Translations under genes and position numbers: made by a program | Shown: positions 46,826-55,833 of the stretch, one piece after another | Layout of the letters: every line of letters starts with the position of its first letter | Numbering within the stretch: position 1 is the stretch's first letter | Notes under the pieces: model-generated | What the model was told of the DNA's origin: nothing | Seen by the model: the letters and a program-made list of their open reading frames with translations, nothing else | Database searches by the model: none | Assembly: GCA_013178165.1 (NCBI GenBank) | Contig: JABLXG010000003.1 | Location: forward strand, 39,711 to 103,710 | Length of the DNA stretch: 64,000 nucleotides | From: Anaerolineae bacterium | GTDB lineage: Bacteria; Chloroflexota; Anaerolineae; Aggregatilineales; Ch27 | Direction of reading: 5' to 3'

Positions 46826-47830
46826 CTAGCTGCGCCGGCGCGTGTAACGGGCAATGAAATTGTAGGGCGAAGGCAACGGAATGGCGCTGGCCTCGTCCAG
46901 ACGGGCCACTTCCTCCGGCGTCAGCTTCCAGCCGACGCACCCCAGATTCTGCTCCAGCTGATCGAGGGTGCGCGCGCCGAAGATGGGCGCGGTCACACCG
47001 GGTTTGTGTAGCACCCAGTTGAGCGCAACCTGGGCGGGAGTCTTGCCCCGTTCCTGGGCGATCTCGCGCAGCACGTCGATCGTGCGCCAGGTCAGCTCGT
47101 TCTCGCGCTGCTCAGGCAGGTCATCCCAGCGGTCGCCCCGACCCACCCGGCTATCCGGCGGCGGGGGCGCGTTACGGTGATACTTGCCGGTCAGCCAGCC
47201 GCCCGCCAGCGGCGACCAGGCAATCACACCGATGCCCTCCTCCTGGCACATCGGCAGCAGTTCCCACTCTGTGCTGCGCACCAGCAGGCTGTACTCCGGC
47301 TGGATGCAGTCAAAGCGCGCCCAGCCACGCTGCTGGCTGAGCATGATCGCCTTCATCAGCTGGCCAGGGGTGTAATTGGAGGCCCCGATATAGCGCACCT
47401 TGCCCGCCCGCACCAGATCGTTGAGCGCCTGCAGGGTTTCATCCAGGGGGGTCGAGGAGTCAAAGCAGTGAGTCTGGTAGAGGTCGATATAATCCGTGTT
47501 CAGCCGGCGCAGGCTGATGTCAACCTGTTCGAAGATATGCTTGCGGGAGAGGCCGGTATCGTTCGGTCCTTTACCGGTCGGGAAGAACACCTTGGTGGCA
47601 ATCACCAGTTGCGAACGGTTTCCCCGCCGTTTGAGCCAGCTGCCGAGGATAGTCTCCGACTGGCCCTCATTATAGATGTTGGAGGTGTCAAAGAAGTTAC
47701 CGCCAGCCTCCACAAAACGATCCGCCATGGCATGGGAAGCAGCCTCATCTGCACCCCAGCCAAAGGTCTGTGTGCCCATGCACAGCTCGGAGACCTTCAG
47801 GCCGGTGCGTCCCATGAACCGATACTCCAT
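46826..47830 (-). CDS. aldo/keto reductase
   Basis: MEYRFMGRTGLKVSELCMGTQTFG...FFDTSNIY...IGASNY are classic AKR blocks. ATG 47830 follows GGAGG. Confidence 0.9.
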   Translation of the reverse strand: MEYRFMGRTGLKVSELCMGTQTFGWGADEAASHAMADRFVEAGGNFFDTSNIYNEGQSETILGSWLKRRGNRSQLVIATKVFFPTGKGPNDTGLSRKHIFEQVDISLRRLNTDYIDLYQTHCFDSSTPLDETLQALNDLVRAGKVRYIGASNYTPGQLMKAIMLSQQRGWARFDCIQPEYSLLVRSTEWELLPMCQEEGIGVIAWSPLAGGWLTGKYHRNAPPPPDSRVGRGDRWDDLPEQRENELTWRTIDVLREIAQERGKTPAQVALNWVLHKPGVTAPIFGARTLDQLEQNLGCVGWKLTPEEVARLDEASAIPLPSPYNFIARYTRRRS

Positions 47831-48050
47831 TGGCATCCTCCTGCTGGATTCTGTCCGATCAAAGGGCGCAAGCACTGATCAGGCCGGAGCGAAAGCAGCA
47901 CAGCCGTCTATCTGGCGCCGCCGGGGGGCTGTACGCCCGGAACGCCATGTGGAGGCGCCTGCCTAAGCATGAGGCAGCTCCGCCGCCAGTACCATCACAG
48001 GCCCCCGGCAGGCAGATGATTCTGACCCCATGCCTGGATCGGAAACGCCT

Positions 48051-48073
48051 CCTGTCACGGCTGGTTTGACAGG
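48051..48073. promoter_or_regulatory. inverted repeat CCTGTCA-N9-TGACAGG overlapping the -35 of the HutC-type regulator promoter
   Basis: Read directly: 48051..48057 and 48067..48073. Confidence 0.35.
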
Positions 48074-48094
48074 GGCTTGCTTCTACAGTATAAT
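48066..48094 (+). promoter_or_regulatory. perfect consensus sigma70 promoter TTGACA-17-TATAAT
   Basis: TTGACA 48066..48071, exactly 17 nt of spacer, TATAAT 48089..48094. The -10 ends 39 nt upstream of the TTG start at 48133. Confidence 0.7.
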
Positions 48095-48104
48095 CAGGAA
48101 AGCC

Positions 48105-48114
48105 TGTAATTACA
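48105..48114. promoter_or_regulatory. palindrome TGTAATTACA (GntR-type GT-N-AC operator) just downstream of the -10
   Basis: Perfect 10-bp palindrome 11 nt after TATAAT. The position is typical for autorepression. Confidence 0.45.
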
Positions 48115-48132
48115 AGATAACAGGATGACAGA

Positions 48133-48960
48133 TTGAGCGGCACAATCGACCGCAGCAGTCATATCCCCTATTACGTTCAGGTCATGGATGCCATCCGGGA
48201 GCGCATCCGGCAGGGGGACTGGCAGCCCGGCCATCAGCTTCCCGGCGAGCCTGACCTTTGCCGCGTTTTCAACGTCAGCCGGACGGTGATCCGTCAGGCG
48301 TTGCAGGCGCTGATGTACGAAGGGCTGATCATTCGTCACAAGGGCAAAGGCACCTTCGTCGCCGAGCCGAAGATTAGCGGCGGCCTGGTGCAACGGTTGA
48401 CCGGTTTCTATGAGGATATGCTCAGCCACGGCTACCGGCCGGTTTCCAGGGTGCTCAAGCAACAGACTATCCCCGCCAGCCCCCGGATCGCAGAGTATCT
48501 GGCGATTCCGGTCGGGACCGACGTGATCGAAATCGAGCGGCTGCGCCTGGTCAACGAGGAACCGATTGTGCTGGTCTGGACGTACGTGCCTTATACCCTG
48601 TGTCCTGGCCTGCTTCAGGCCGACCTGACCCACCAGTCACTATACGGCTTTCTGGAGCAACAGTGCCAGCTGGTGATCGCGCGCGGGCGGCGCATCATTG
48701 AGGCCGTCCCGGCCAATGAGTATGAATCCGAACTGCTGCAGGTCCCCAGGGCAGCCCCGCTGATCCTGCTGGACAGCGTCAGTTACCTGGAGGATGGCAC
48801 ACCAGTCGAGTACTATCACGCACTGCACCGCGGCAACCGCACACGCTTTGAGGTTGAGCTGGTGCGCGTGCGTGAGCATGGCGAGGAACGGGTGGTCCTG
48901 GGCGGGCACCCGCCTAACCTGCCCATCCCCAGCCGGATTGTCTTTCCACCGGAATCATAA
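48133..48960 (+). CDS. GntR-family regulator, HutC subfamily (wHTH plus UTRA domain)
   Basis: IPYYVQVMDAIRERIRQGDWQPGHQLPGEPDLCRVFNVSRTVIRQALQALMYEGLIIRHKGKGTFV, followed by a UTRA-like effector domain. TTG start. Confidence 0.88.
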   Translation: MSGTIDRSSHIPYYVQVMDAIRERIRQGDWQPGHQLPGEPDLCRVFNVSRTVIRQALQALMYEGLIIRHKGKGTFVAEPKISGGLVQRLTGFYEDMLSHGYRPVSRVLKQQTIPASPRIAEYLAIPVGTDVIEIERLRLVNEEPIVLVWTYVPYTLCPGLLQADLTHQSLYGFLEQQCQLVIARGRRIIEAVPANEYESELLQVPRAAPLILLDSVSYLEDGTPVEYYHALHRGNRTRFEVELVRVREHGEERVVLGGHPPNLPIPSRIVFPPES

Positions 48961-49083
48961 AATCGTGCCGTGCTGGCCCACCAGTTGTGGCCAGCCGAAA
49001 AGAAAGGAGGTAACCAGGCCAACTGAAATGCTCTGTCACGGAAAATGACCCGTTATCCTGCTTTAACCGTTGGAGGAGAAGGT

Positions 49084-50553
49084 ATGAAAAAGCTTCTGGT
49101 CTTGATGCTGATTGTGACCCTGGCGGTTGGCTTTGCGCCCGCCGCGGCCCAGGGCGGCCAGTTCGCCGGCCAGACGGTCGTGGTCGTCACCCAGACCGGC
49201 CGTTCCATCGGCGGCCCGGTTGAGGACTATGCTCCGGAATGGGAAGCAGCCACCGGCGGCAATGTCGAGCTGCAGCAGTTCGCGTTCGGCGAGCTGTACG
49301 AGAAGATGATTGCTTCCTTCGAAACCGGGGCGATCGACTATGACGTGCTGATCTTCCCGGCGGACTGGGCTGGCGACTTCATGGCCCCCGGCTACCTGGA
49401 ACCAATCCCCCAGGAGATCCTCGACAAGCTGGAGCCAGAGGACATCATCCCGCTCTACGCCGACCGCATCACCGCCTGGGGTGAGACCCGCTACGCCCTG
49501 CCATATGACGGCGACGCCCACATGCTGTATTACCGCAAAGACTTGATCTTCAACGAAGAGTACTCGGCAGAATTTGAGGCCCAGTACGGCTATCCGCTGA
49601 AGGAGCCGGCGAGCTGGGATGAGTACTATGACATGGCCGAGTTCTTCAACGGCAAGGAAGTGGAGACCGCGGGCACAGTTGCGCCCATCTATGGCTTGGC
49701 CGAAGCCATGCGCCGCGACGCCCAGAGCTACTGGGTCTTCCTCTCCCATGCCGCCGGCTATGGCAAGATCCCCGGTAATCCGTGCTTCTTCTTCAGCTGT
49801 GACGACATGACCCCGCAGGTCAACAACCCCGGCTGGGTCCGCGCTCTGGAAGAGTACGTGGCCAGCCGCTCCTACGGCCCGCCGGAGATGATCAACTGGG
49901 ACGTGGCGGATACCCGCGTACAGTTCCCGGCTGGCGTCTCTGTCTTCAACATCGACTGGGGTGATGTTGGCCCGATCTCGATCAACCCGAATGCGTCGGT
50001 GATCGGCGGCGTGACCGGCTTCGCCCCGCTGCCCGGCGGCGTCCAGTACTGGGACTACGTCAAGGGCGAATGGGTGAATGAGTACAACCAGGCGCCGTTC
50101 ATCGCCTTCGGTGGCTGGATCATCGGCGTCGCCGCTGGCAGTGACGTCAAAGAAGCGGCCCTGGACTTCGCCGCCTTCATGGCCCGTCCGGAGTTGGTCC
50201 GTGTCCTGGCCGTGACGCCCGACACCGGCATCAACCCCTCGCGCTACAGCCAGCTGGAAAACATCGACCTGTGGGTCAACGCTGGCTTTGACGAGGAAAG
50301 CGCCGCTGACTACGTCGACGCTATCCTGAACACGATCAACCATCCGAATGCGGTGCTGGACCTGCGCATCCGTGGTTCTGCGGAATACCTGCAGACACTG
50401 GATGTGGAGATCGCCCGCGCCGTGGAAGGTGAAATCTCCGCTCAGGAGGCGCTGGACAACGTCGCTGCGCACTGGAACGAGATCACCGACCGCTATGGCC
50501 GTGACAGCCAGCTGGCTCAGTACCGTGCTTCTGTCGGCTGGACCGGCGAGTAA
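49084..50553 (+). CDS. CUT1-family sugar ABC transporter substrate-binding protein
   Basis: MKKLLVLMLIVTLAVGFAPAAAQG signal peptide. 489 aa. GGAGGAGAAGG SD before ATG 49084. Confidence 0.88.
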   Translation: MKKLLVLMLIVTLAVGFAPAAAQGGQFAGQTVVVVTQTGRSIGGPVEDYAPEWEAATGGNVELQQFAFGELYEKMIASFETGAIDYDVLIFPADWAGDFMAPGYLEPIPQEILDKLEPEDIIPLYADRITAWGETRYALPYDGDAHMLYYRKDLIFNEEYSAEFEAQYGYPLKEPASWDEYYDMAEFFNGKEVETAGTVAPIYGLAEAMRRDAQSYWVFLSHAAGYGKIPGNPCFFFSCDDMTPQVNNPGWVRALEEYVASRSYGPPEMINWDVADTRVQFPAGVSVFNIDWGDVGPISINPNASVIGGVTGFAPLPGGVQYWDYVKGEWVNEYNQAPFIAFGGWIIGVAAGSDVKEAALDFAAFMARPELVRVLAVTPDTGINPSRYSQLENIDLWVNAGFDEESAADYVDAILNTINHPNAVLDLRIRGSAEYLQTLDVEIARAVEGEISAQEALDNVAAHWNEITDRYGRDSQLAQYRASVGWTGE

Positions 50554-50573
50554 GCCTTTCCGTTAGTTCTGGC

Positions 50574-50618
50574 AAGGCGCTATACTGTCTATACCATCAG
50601 GCGGTATAGCGCCTTTTT
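50574..50618 (+). terminator. intrinsic terminator/attenuator after the SBP gene
   Basis: AAGGCGCTATAC (50574..50585) pairs with GTATAGCGCCTT (50604..50615), followed by a TTTTT run to 50618. Confidence 0.7.
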
Positions 50619-50678
50619 ATTACCCTGCCGTGCCAGGTTTCTTTGTTGATTGACGACTATTCTTTCAAGGAGGGCGCG

Positions 50679-51683
50679 TTGGAAGCGACTACTGCCCGTC
50701 CAGCTCATGTCGAGCAAAGTGAGGGGAGCACGCGGGAAGACCGCATCATGCGGCGCGTGTTCCTTTCGCCGGCCATCATTGTGCTGCTCTTGCTATCGAT
50801 CTTCCCTATGCTCTGGTCACTGGGGATCAGCTTCACCAACATCCAGCGCGGCGCAACCGCCAGCCAGCCGGCGGCGGAAGTCGCCGCCACAGACAGCGGG
50901 ATTGCACTCCCCGGCCTGGGCTTTGAAGTGACCCTGCGCAATTTCGCCCGTATGCCCCAGGACCAACGCCTGATCACCGCCGCCGCCAATACCCTGTTCT
51001 ACGTCTTTGCGGGCGTCATCATCCAGTACGTGCTGGGGTTTGGCCTGGCCCTGGTCCTTAACCAGGAATTCTTTGCCCGCAATGTGGTGCGCGTGATCTT
51101 CCTGATGCCCATGATGATGACGCCGGTGGCCGCCGCCTACAGCGGGCGGATGCTCTTCGACTCGACGCTGTCGCCGCTGGCCCAGCTGTTCCGCACCATC
51201 TCCACCATCCTGGGGCTGGAAAAACCGCTTGTTGTGCCCTGGCTCACCAGCGGCACAGTGGCCCCCTGGACGATCGTACTGATCGATAGCTGGCAGTGGA
51301 CTCCGTTCGTGACCCTGATTCTGCTCTCCGGCCTGCAGGCCATCCCGGATGAGATCTACGAAGCGGCGCGGGTTGACGGGGCCAACGCCCTGCAGATTCT
51401 GCGCAAGATCACCTTCCCTCTGCTCCTGCCACTCTCCGCCACGGTGATCCTCATCCGCGGGCTGGAAATCTTCAAGATCATCGATGTGGTTGTGGTCGCC
51501 ACCGGCGGCGGGCCAGGCTCGGCCACCGAATCGCTGACCATGTACATCTTCAAGACCGCCCTGACCTTTGGCAACTTCAGCTATGCTGCGGCGATCTCCT
51601 TCGTGTTGCTGGTACTGGTCATCATCTTTGCGACTGTGTTCCTGGTCATTGTCCGCCGCCTGTCGCCGCAGGCTGGCAGCTAG
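50679..51683 (+). CDS. sugar ABC transporter permease (MalF-like)
   Basis: EAA loop [23 protein letters not shown] chose TTG 50679, which is 5 nt after AAGGAGG. ATG 50748 is an alternative start. Confidence 0.85.
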   Translation: MEATTARPAHVEQSEGSTREDRIMRRVFLSPAIIVLLLLSIFPMLWSLGISFTNIQRGATASQPAAEVAATDSGIALPGLGFEVTLRNFARMPQDQRLITAAANTLFYVFAGVIIQYVLGFGLALVLNQEFFARNVVRVIFLMPMMMTPVAAAYSGRMLFDSTLSPLAQLFRTISTILGLEKPLVVPWLTSGTVAPWTIVLIDSWQWTPFVTLILLSGLQAIPDEIYEAARVDGANALQILRKITFPLLLPLSATVILIRGLEIFKIIDVVVVATGGGPGSATESLTMYIFKTALTFGNFSYAAAISFVLLVLVIIFATVFLVIVRRLSPQAGS

Positions 51684-51698
51684 AAGAGGGAGGCAGCC

Positions 51699-52559
51699 AT
51701 GACACGCAGAAAATGGTGGCAGTCAGCCCTGCTCTATGCGGTGGTGATCTTCTGGTGTTTCATCACCCTCTTCCCCTTCTACTGGCTCTTCACCACTTCG
51801 CTGAAGCAGCCGCTGCATATCAGCCGGGGACCCAAGTACTTCCCCTTCGTCGACTACCAGCCGACCCTTGAGCACTGGCAATACCTGTTCCGCGAACAGG
51901 GCGAAACCACCATCCGACACTTCCGGAACAGCTTTATTGCCGCCTCCGGCAGCACCGTGCTGGCTGTCCTGATCGGCTCGATGGCGGGCTACGGCCTGTC
52001 GCGCTTCCGGTATAGCTGGCGTATCCCACGCTGGAAGAACAACGACATCGCCTTCTGGATCATCTCCCAGCGCTTCTTACCACCGGCGCTATTCGTCGTG
52101 CCTTTCCTGATGCTTTACAGCGCGCTCGGCCTGGTGGATACCCACATCGGCCTGATCATCGTGTACACGATGTTCAACATCCCCTTCGCCGTGTGGATCA
52201 TGCGGGACTTCTTCAACACCCTGCCGACCGACCTGGAGGAAAGCGCCCTGGTCGATGGCGCCACACGCTGGCAGGCCTTTGTGCGCATCGTACTCCCCCT
52301 GAGCGCACCCGGCCTGGTTTCGGTGGCGATTTTCTCCTTCGTGTTTTCCTGGAACGAATTCCTCTACGCCCTGATGCTGACCAACTTCCAGGCGATCACC
52401 ATGCCCGTCCTCATTGCTGCCCAGAACAACACCCGTGGCATCCAGTGGTGGTTCATTTCCGCCCTGACCCTGACAGCGGTGGCGCCGGTCGTGCTGGTTG
52501 GCTTACTGCTGGAACGGTTCATCACACGCGGGCTGGTGGCCGGGGCGATCAAAGGCTAG
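51699..52559 (+). CDS. sugar ABC transporter permease (MalG-like)
   Basis: EAA loop [22 protein letters not shown]. 286 aa. GAGGGAGG SD. Confidence 0.88.
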   Translation: MTRRKWWQSALLYAVVIFWCFITLFPFYWLFTTSLKQPLHISRGPKYFPFVDYQPTLEHWQYLFREQGETTIRHFRNSFIAASGSTVLAVLIGSMAGYGLSRFRYSWRIPRWKNNDIAFWIISQRFLPPALFVVPFLMLYSALGLVDTHIGLIIVYTMFNIPFAVWIMRDFFNTLPTDLEESALVDGATRWQAFVRIVLPLSAPGLVSVAIFSFVFSWNEFLYALMLTNFQAITMPVLIAAQNNTRGIQWWFISALTLTAVAPVVLVGLLLERFITRGLVAGAIKG

Positions 52560-52618
52560 GCGATACTAACACGCGGGGCCGTCCGCCCTCGCTGGCGATA
52601 AGGAGCAGACAACAAACC

Positions 52619-53200
52619 ATGTCTCAGGCGCTGATGGAACCCTTCAGCTCCCAACTTAACCTGGAGACGGGCCTTATTGCCCAGGCCCAGATCATCCGCC
52701 GCACCCTGAGCAATATGCGCACCATGTTCGCCGATCGCGCGACGGTGGAGCACATCCTGGCGGAGGAAGGCGACCGTCTGATCTACGAGGTGTATGCCGT
52801 CCCGCTGCCGGAAGAGGAGGGCCAGATTCTGCACAGCACCACGATCATCTATCCCGGTCAGATCGGCGATGAGTTCCATATGACCAAGGGTCACTTTCAT
52901 GAGAAACGCGCCCGCGCCGAAATCTATGTCGGCCTGGCCGGGGAAGGCTATCTGGTGCTCCAGACTGAGGAGGGCGAGGTGCGCGGCGTGCCCATGCAGC
53001 GCGGGACGATCGCTTACGTACCGCCGCTGTGGGCGCACCGTACAGTCAACACGGGCGCGACGCCTTTCGCCTTTCTGGCTGCCTGGCCCGGCGATTCCGG
53101 TCATGACTACGGCACCATCGAGCAAACCGGCTTCGCCCGCCTGCTGGTCAACCGCAACGGGCAGCCGACTTTTGTGGACAATCCGCACTGGCGGCGCTGA
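52619..53200 (+). CDS. cupin-type glucose-6-phosphate isomerase (archaeal cPGI family)
   Basis: GDEFHMTKGHFHEKRARAEIYVGL...YVPPLWAHRTVNTG...GHDYGTIE...VDNPHW closely matches the Pyrococcus furiosus PGI signature, from memory. ATG 52619 follows AAGGAGCAG. The longer ORF from 52193 overlaps the permease. Confidence 0.88.
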   Translation: MSQALMEPFSSQLNLETGLIAQAQIIRRTLSNMRTMFADRATVEHILAEEGDRLIYEVYAVPLPEEEGQILHSTTIIYPGQIGDEFHMTKGHFHEKRARAEIYVGLAGEGYLVLQTEEGEVRGVPMQRGTIAYVPPLWAHRTVNTGATPFAFLAAWPGDSGHDYGTIEQTGFARLLVNRNGQPTFVDNPHWRR

Positions 53201-53245
53201 AAAGCCAGTGCTTATCCCGCCCGGAGAGGAGAACCACCCGGCACT

Positions 53246-54223
53246 GTGAACGGCAAAATCCTGATCACCGCGCGCTCCTTCCGCAAGACCCCTGGCCGCC
53301 ATCTGGATATCCTGCGCGAGGCCGGATACGAACTGGTGGAAAGCCCGCACGACCGCCCGCTGACCGCCGCCGAGATCGCCCCGCTGCTGGCGGATGTTGA
53401 TGCGGCGATCCTCGGCCTGGACGAGGTCACCGCCGAGTCGGTCGCCGGTGCGAGCCGCTTGCGCGTCATCTCCCGCTATGGGGTCGGGGTGGATAGCATC
53501 GACATCGCCGCCATGACTGCCCGCGGCATTGTGGTGACGGTCACCCCCGGAGCCAATAGCGTGGCCGTGGCCGAACTGACGATGGGCCTGATCCTGGCCC
53601 TTGCCCGCCATATCCCCTACGCCGATCGGGAGGTCCGCCAGGGAAAATGGGGCCGCAAGACCGGCGTGGAATTGAGCGGGGCGACACTGGGCCTGATCGG
53701 TCTGGGGCGTATCGGGCGCGATGTCGCCCGGCGGGCCTATGCCTTCGGGATGGCGATCTGCTACTACGATCCCTTCCCCCCGCCGCTGGAGGCCATGGCT
53801 GGCTTCACGGCCCGCGCCTGTAGCCTGGACGATCTGCTGGCCGGGAGCGACTTCGTCAGCCTGCACCTGCCGCTTTCAGAAGAAACACGCAACCTGATCG
53901 ACGCGGCAGCGCTGGCCCGCATGAAGCCGTCCGCATACCTGATCAACACGGCGCGCGGCGGGCTGGTCGATGAGCAGGCCCTCTACGAGGCGCTGGCCAG
54001 CGGACGGCTGGCCGGAGCTGCCTTTGATGCCTTTGCCCAGGAGCCGCCCGGCGATAGCCCCCTGCTGAAGCTGGACAACTTCATCGCCTCCCCTCATGCA
54101 GGGTCGGCTACTGCTCAGACGACCCTGCGCATGGGGCTGATGGCTTCAGAAAACGCGCTGGCCGTGCTGCGGGGCGAACGCCCGGACGGCGTGGTTAACC
54201 CGGCTGTCTTCAGCCGCGACTGA
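53246..54223 (+). CDS. D-isomer-specific 2-hydroxyacid dehydrogenase (SerA-like)
   Basis: GLIGLGRIGRDVARRA NAD motif and NTARGGLVDE...AAFDAF blocks. GTG start. Confidence 0.85.
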   Translation: MNGKILITARSFRKTPGRHLDILREAGYELVESPHDRPLTAAEIAPLLADVDAAILGLDEVTAESVAGASRLRVISRYGVGVDSIDIAAMTARGIVVTVTPGANSVAVAELTMGLILALARHIPYADREVRQGKWGRKTGVELSGATLGLIGLGRIGRDVARRAYAFGMAICYYDPFPPPLEAMAGFTARACSLDDLLAGSDFVSLHLPLSEETRNLIDAAALARMKPSAYLINTARGGLVDEQALYEALASGRLAGAAFDAFAQEPPGDSPLLKLDNFIASPHAGSATAQTTLRMGLMASENALAVLRGERPDGVVNPAVFSRD

Positions 54224-54407
54224 ACCACCCTGGACGGTTGTGGTGGACACGCCGGGTGCAAGAGCGCTGCTGGAACGGGAGAGCTTGCGGGGCGTCAAAC
54301 GGATATTGGCTTTTCGCGGCGGATTGGCTGCAAGAGAGCCGACCACTGCTGCTTTGTTGTTGCTACTATCGCTTACACCTGTCGGGAGAGAAGCCTAGTT
54401 GTACAAT

Positions 54408-54965
54408 TTAGACCCTTAGCCAGCCCCGGAATCCCCTAGCACTATAGAAAGAGGGTGCACTGTTGTGATACACGAAAACATGGCCATAGCGGCGATCAGC
54501 AAAGAGAGCACCGCCGAGTTTTCTAATATCAGCGGGCGTTTTCAGCCAGCTTGACGTTTTCGTATCAAAATTTCCAAGGTTCTGCAACGCTCGATATTGT
54601 TCTTCCGTTAACAGCTCAATGCCCATGGCGGTTGCCATATCAATAGCGTTGCCTTCTGGCTTCACCCCCTGCTTTTCTCTGGCCTCCTGTCCTTCACGGT
54701 CGTAACAGATACTTCTGCGGCCTTTAGGACTTTCCGCTGAACAATCGTAAAAAATGTATTCGCCCGTCTTTTCATCATAACCAACTACATCCGGTTCACC
54801 GCCAGTTCTTTCCATTTCACTGAGTGACCGTAGCTTTTCAAGATTAGCTTCCAGCTTTGCCTGTACTTTAGCCCATTCAAGACCTTTATGGCGGTTCATG
54901 TTTTTCTCAAAACGGGCTTTCAATACCCTGAGTAGTTCTTGACGCTGTTCTGCTGACAACTCCAT
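54408..54965 (-). CDS. DUF4256 protein
   Basis: RFEKNMNRHKGLEWAKVQAKLEAN...ERTGGEPDVVGYD.KTGEYIFYDCSAESPKGRRS.CYD...GNFDTKTSSW is the highly conserved DUF4256 sequence, from memory. The gene is markedly AT-richer than its neighbours. Confidence 0.85.
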   Translation of the reverse strand: MELSAEQRQELLRVLKARFEKNMNRHKGLEWAKVQAKLEANLEKLRSLSEMERTGGEPDVVGYDEKTGEYIFYDCSAESPKGRRSICYDREGQEAREKQGVKPEGNAIDMATAMGIELLTEEQYRALQNLGNFDTKTSSWLKTPADIRKLGGALFADRRYGHVFVYHNSAPSFYSARGFRGWLRV

Positions 54966-54978
54966 GTAGGATACCCCT

Positions 54979-54998
54979 TTATGCGCCTATGCGCATAA
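54979..54998. promoter_or_regulatory. 8-4-8 inverted repeat TTATGCGC-CTAT-GCGCATAA immediately upstream of the DUF4256 SD
   Basis: Read directly. It lies 14 to 33 nt upstream of ATG 54965 (minus strand). Confidence 0.4.
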
Positions 54999-55158
54999 GT
55001 GAAAATGACATCTATGTTCCAGGCAGTGTACAAGAAGGTACTTCAGCAGTCAAGTCGCCCCGACCCAGAAACGTACACAGCGCCGGGTAAATCTGCTAAG
55101 ATGAAAGCAGGAGTGACTCCACAAGGCCGCATCCGGCTAACCGAAATGGAGGCCGGTT

Positions 55159-55833
55159 ATGGTTTATGTTGTCCACCTGCTTAGCCCGCTTGTGCGGCGC
55201 GCCATCCTGTTCATCGACGCCGTGCTGCGCCACTGCCTGGGCATCACCGAGTTCAGCCAGGCGCCCGATTGCATCCTCCGGCTGGCCCGGCGAGTCAGCC
55301 ACCGCACCCACCGGCTATCCGATAGCGTCGTCGTCCATGCTGGCGATCCCGTCCTGGAGATCCACCTCTGGAACGAGCACATCCCTCGCATGGACGATGC
55401 CGGGCCTGATCTTCGCTGGGCGCGGGCTGTCTACCGCCGCATCCGCTTTTCGCTGGAGGAGCTGGCCCGCTACGTGCAGACCGATCGCGCCCCTGCCGGG
55501 CTGACAGCCGTGGTTGGGCAGGCGTCGATCCTGCTGTCGCTGGAACGCCAGTCCATGACCGACCTGCTGGAAGCACTGGGTTTTGATGTCATCGTGCTGC
55601 CCCGGCCAACCGGCCCCGGCGGGCGGCTCAAGCGGTTTCTTGACCACGCCTACAACCGGGCCGTGATCTGGGCGTTTCAGCCGCCCAGCGCCCGTGACAA
55701 GAGCGTGCTGGGCGCCACACGGATCGAGTTTTGGATGTCCCGCCAGACTCTGCTGGCGCGTTACGGCTCACCTTTAACCGCGCCTGAAGTACCCTTTGCC
55801 AGTGAAACGACAATTACGGTCGGAACGCCATGA
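55159..55833 (+). CDS. conserved hypothetical protein (possibly YkoP-like domain)
   Basis: 224-aa ORF with a GGAGG SD. Its stop overlaps the glycosyltransferase start (ATGA, 55830..55833). The GDPVLEIHLWNEHIP motif recalls the YkoP-like domain seen with polysaccharide deacetylases. This is an unverified memory. Confidence 0.6.
   Translation: MVYVVHLLSPLVRRAILFIDAVLRHCLGITEFSQAPDCILRLARRVSHRTHRLSDSVVVHAGDPVLEIHLWNEHIPRMDDAGPDLRWARAVYRRIRFSLEELARYVQTDRAPAGLTAVVGQASILLSLERQSMTDLLEALGFDVIVLPRPTGPGGRLKRFLDHAYNRAVIWAFQPPSARDKSVLGATRIEFWMSRQTLLARYGSPLTAPEVPFASETTITVGTP

Noticed and set aside
50586-50595. TGTCTATACC, a 9/10 match to the 38770 operator, in the SBP2-permease gap.
   Set aside because: It sits in the loop of the intrinsic terminator and is part of a local CTATAC direct repeat that forms the stem. 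I cannot separate it from terminator structure, and it is two mismatches from the palindromic core. Left as ambiguous.
54999-55184. 61-aa ORF (GTG start) in the gap between DUF4256 and the 224-aa gene.
   Set aside because: It has no SD, an atypical composition and no recognisable motif, and it overlaps the SD/start of the 55159 gene. It is probably non-coding.
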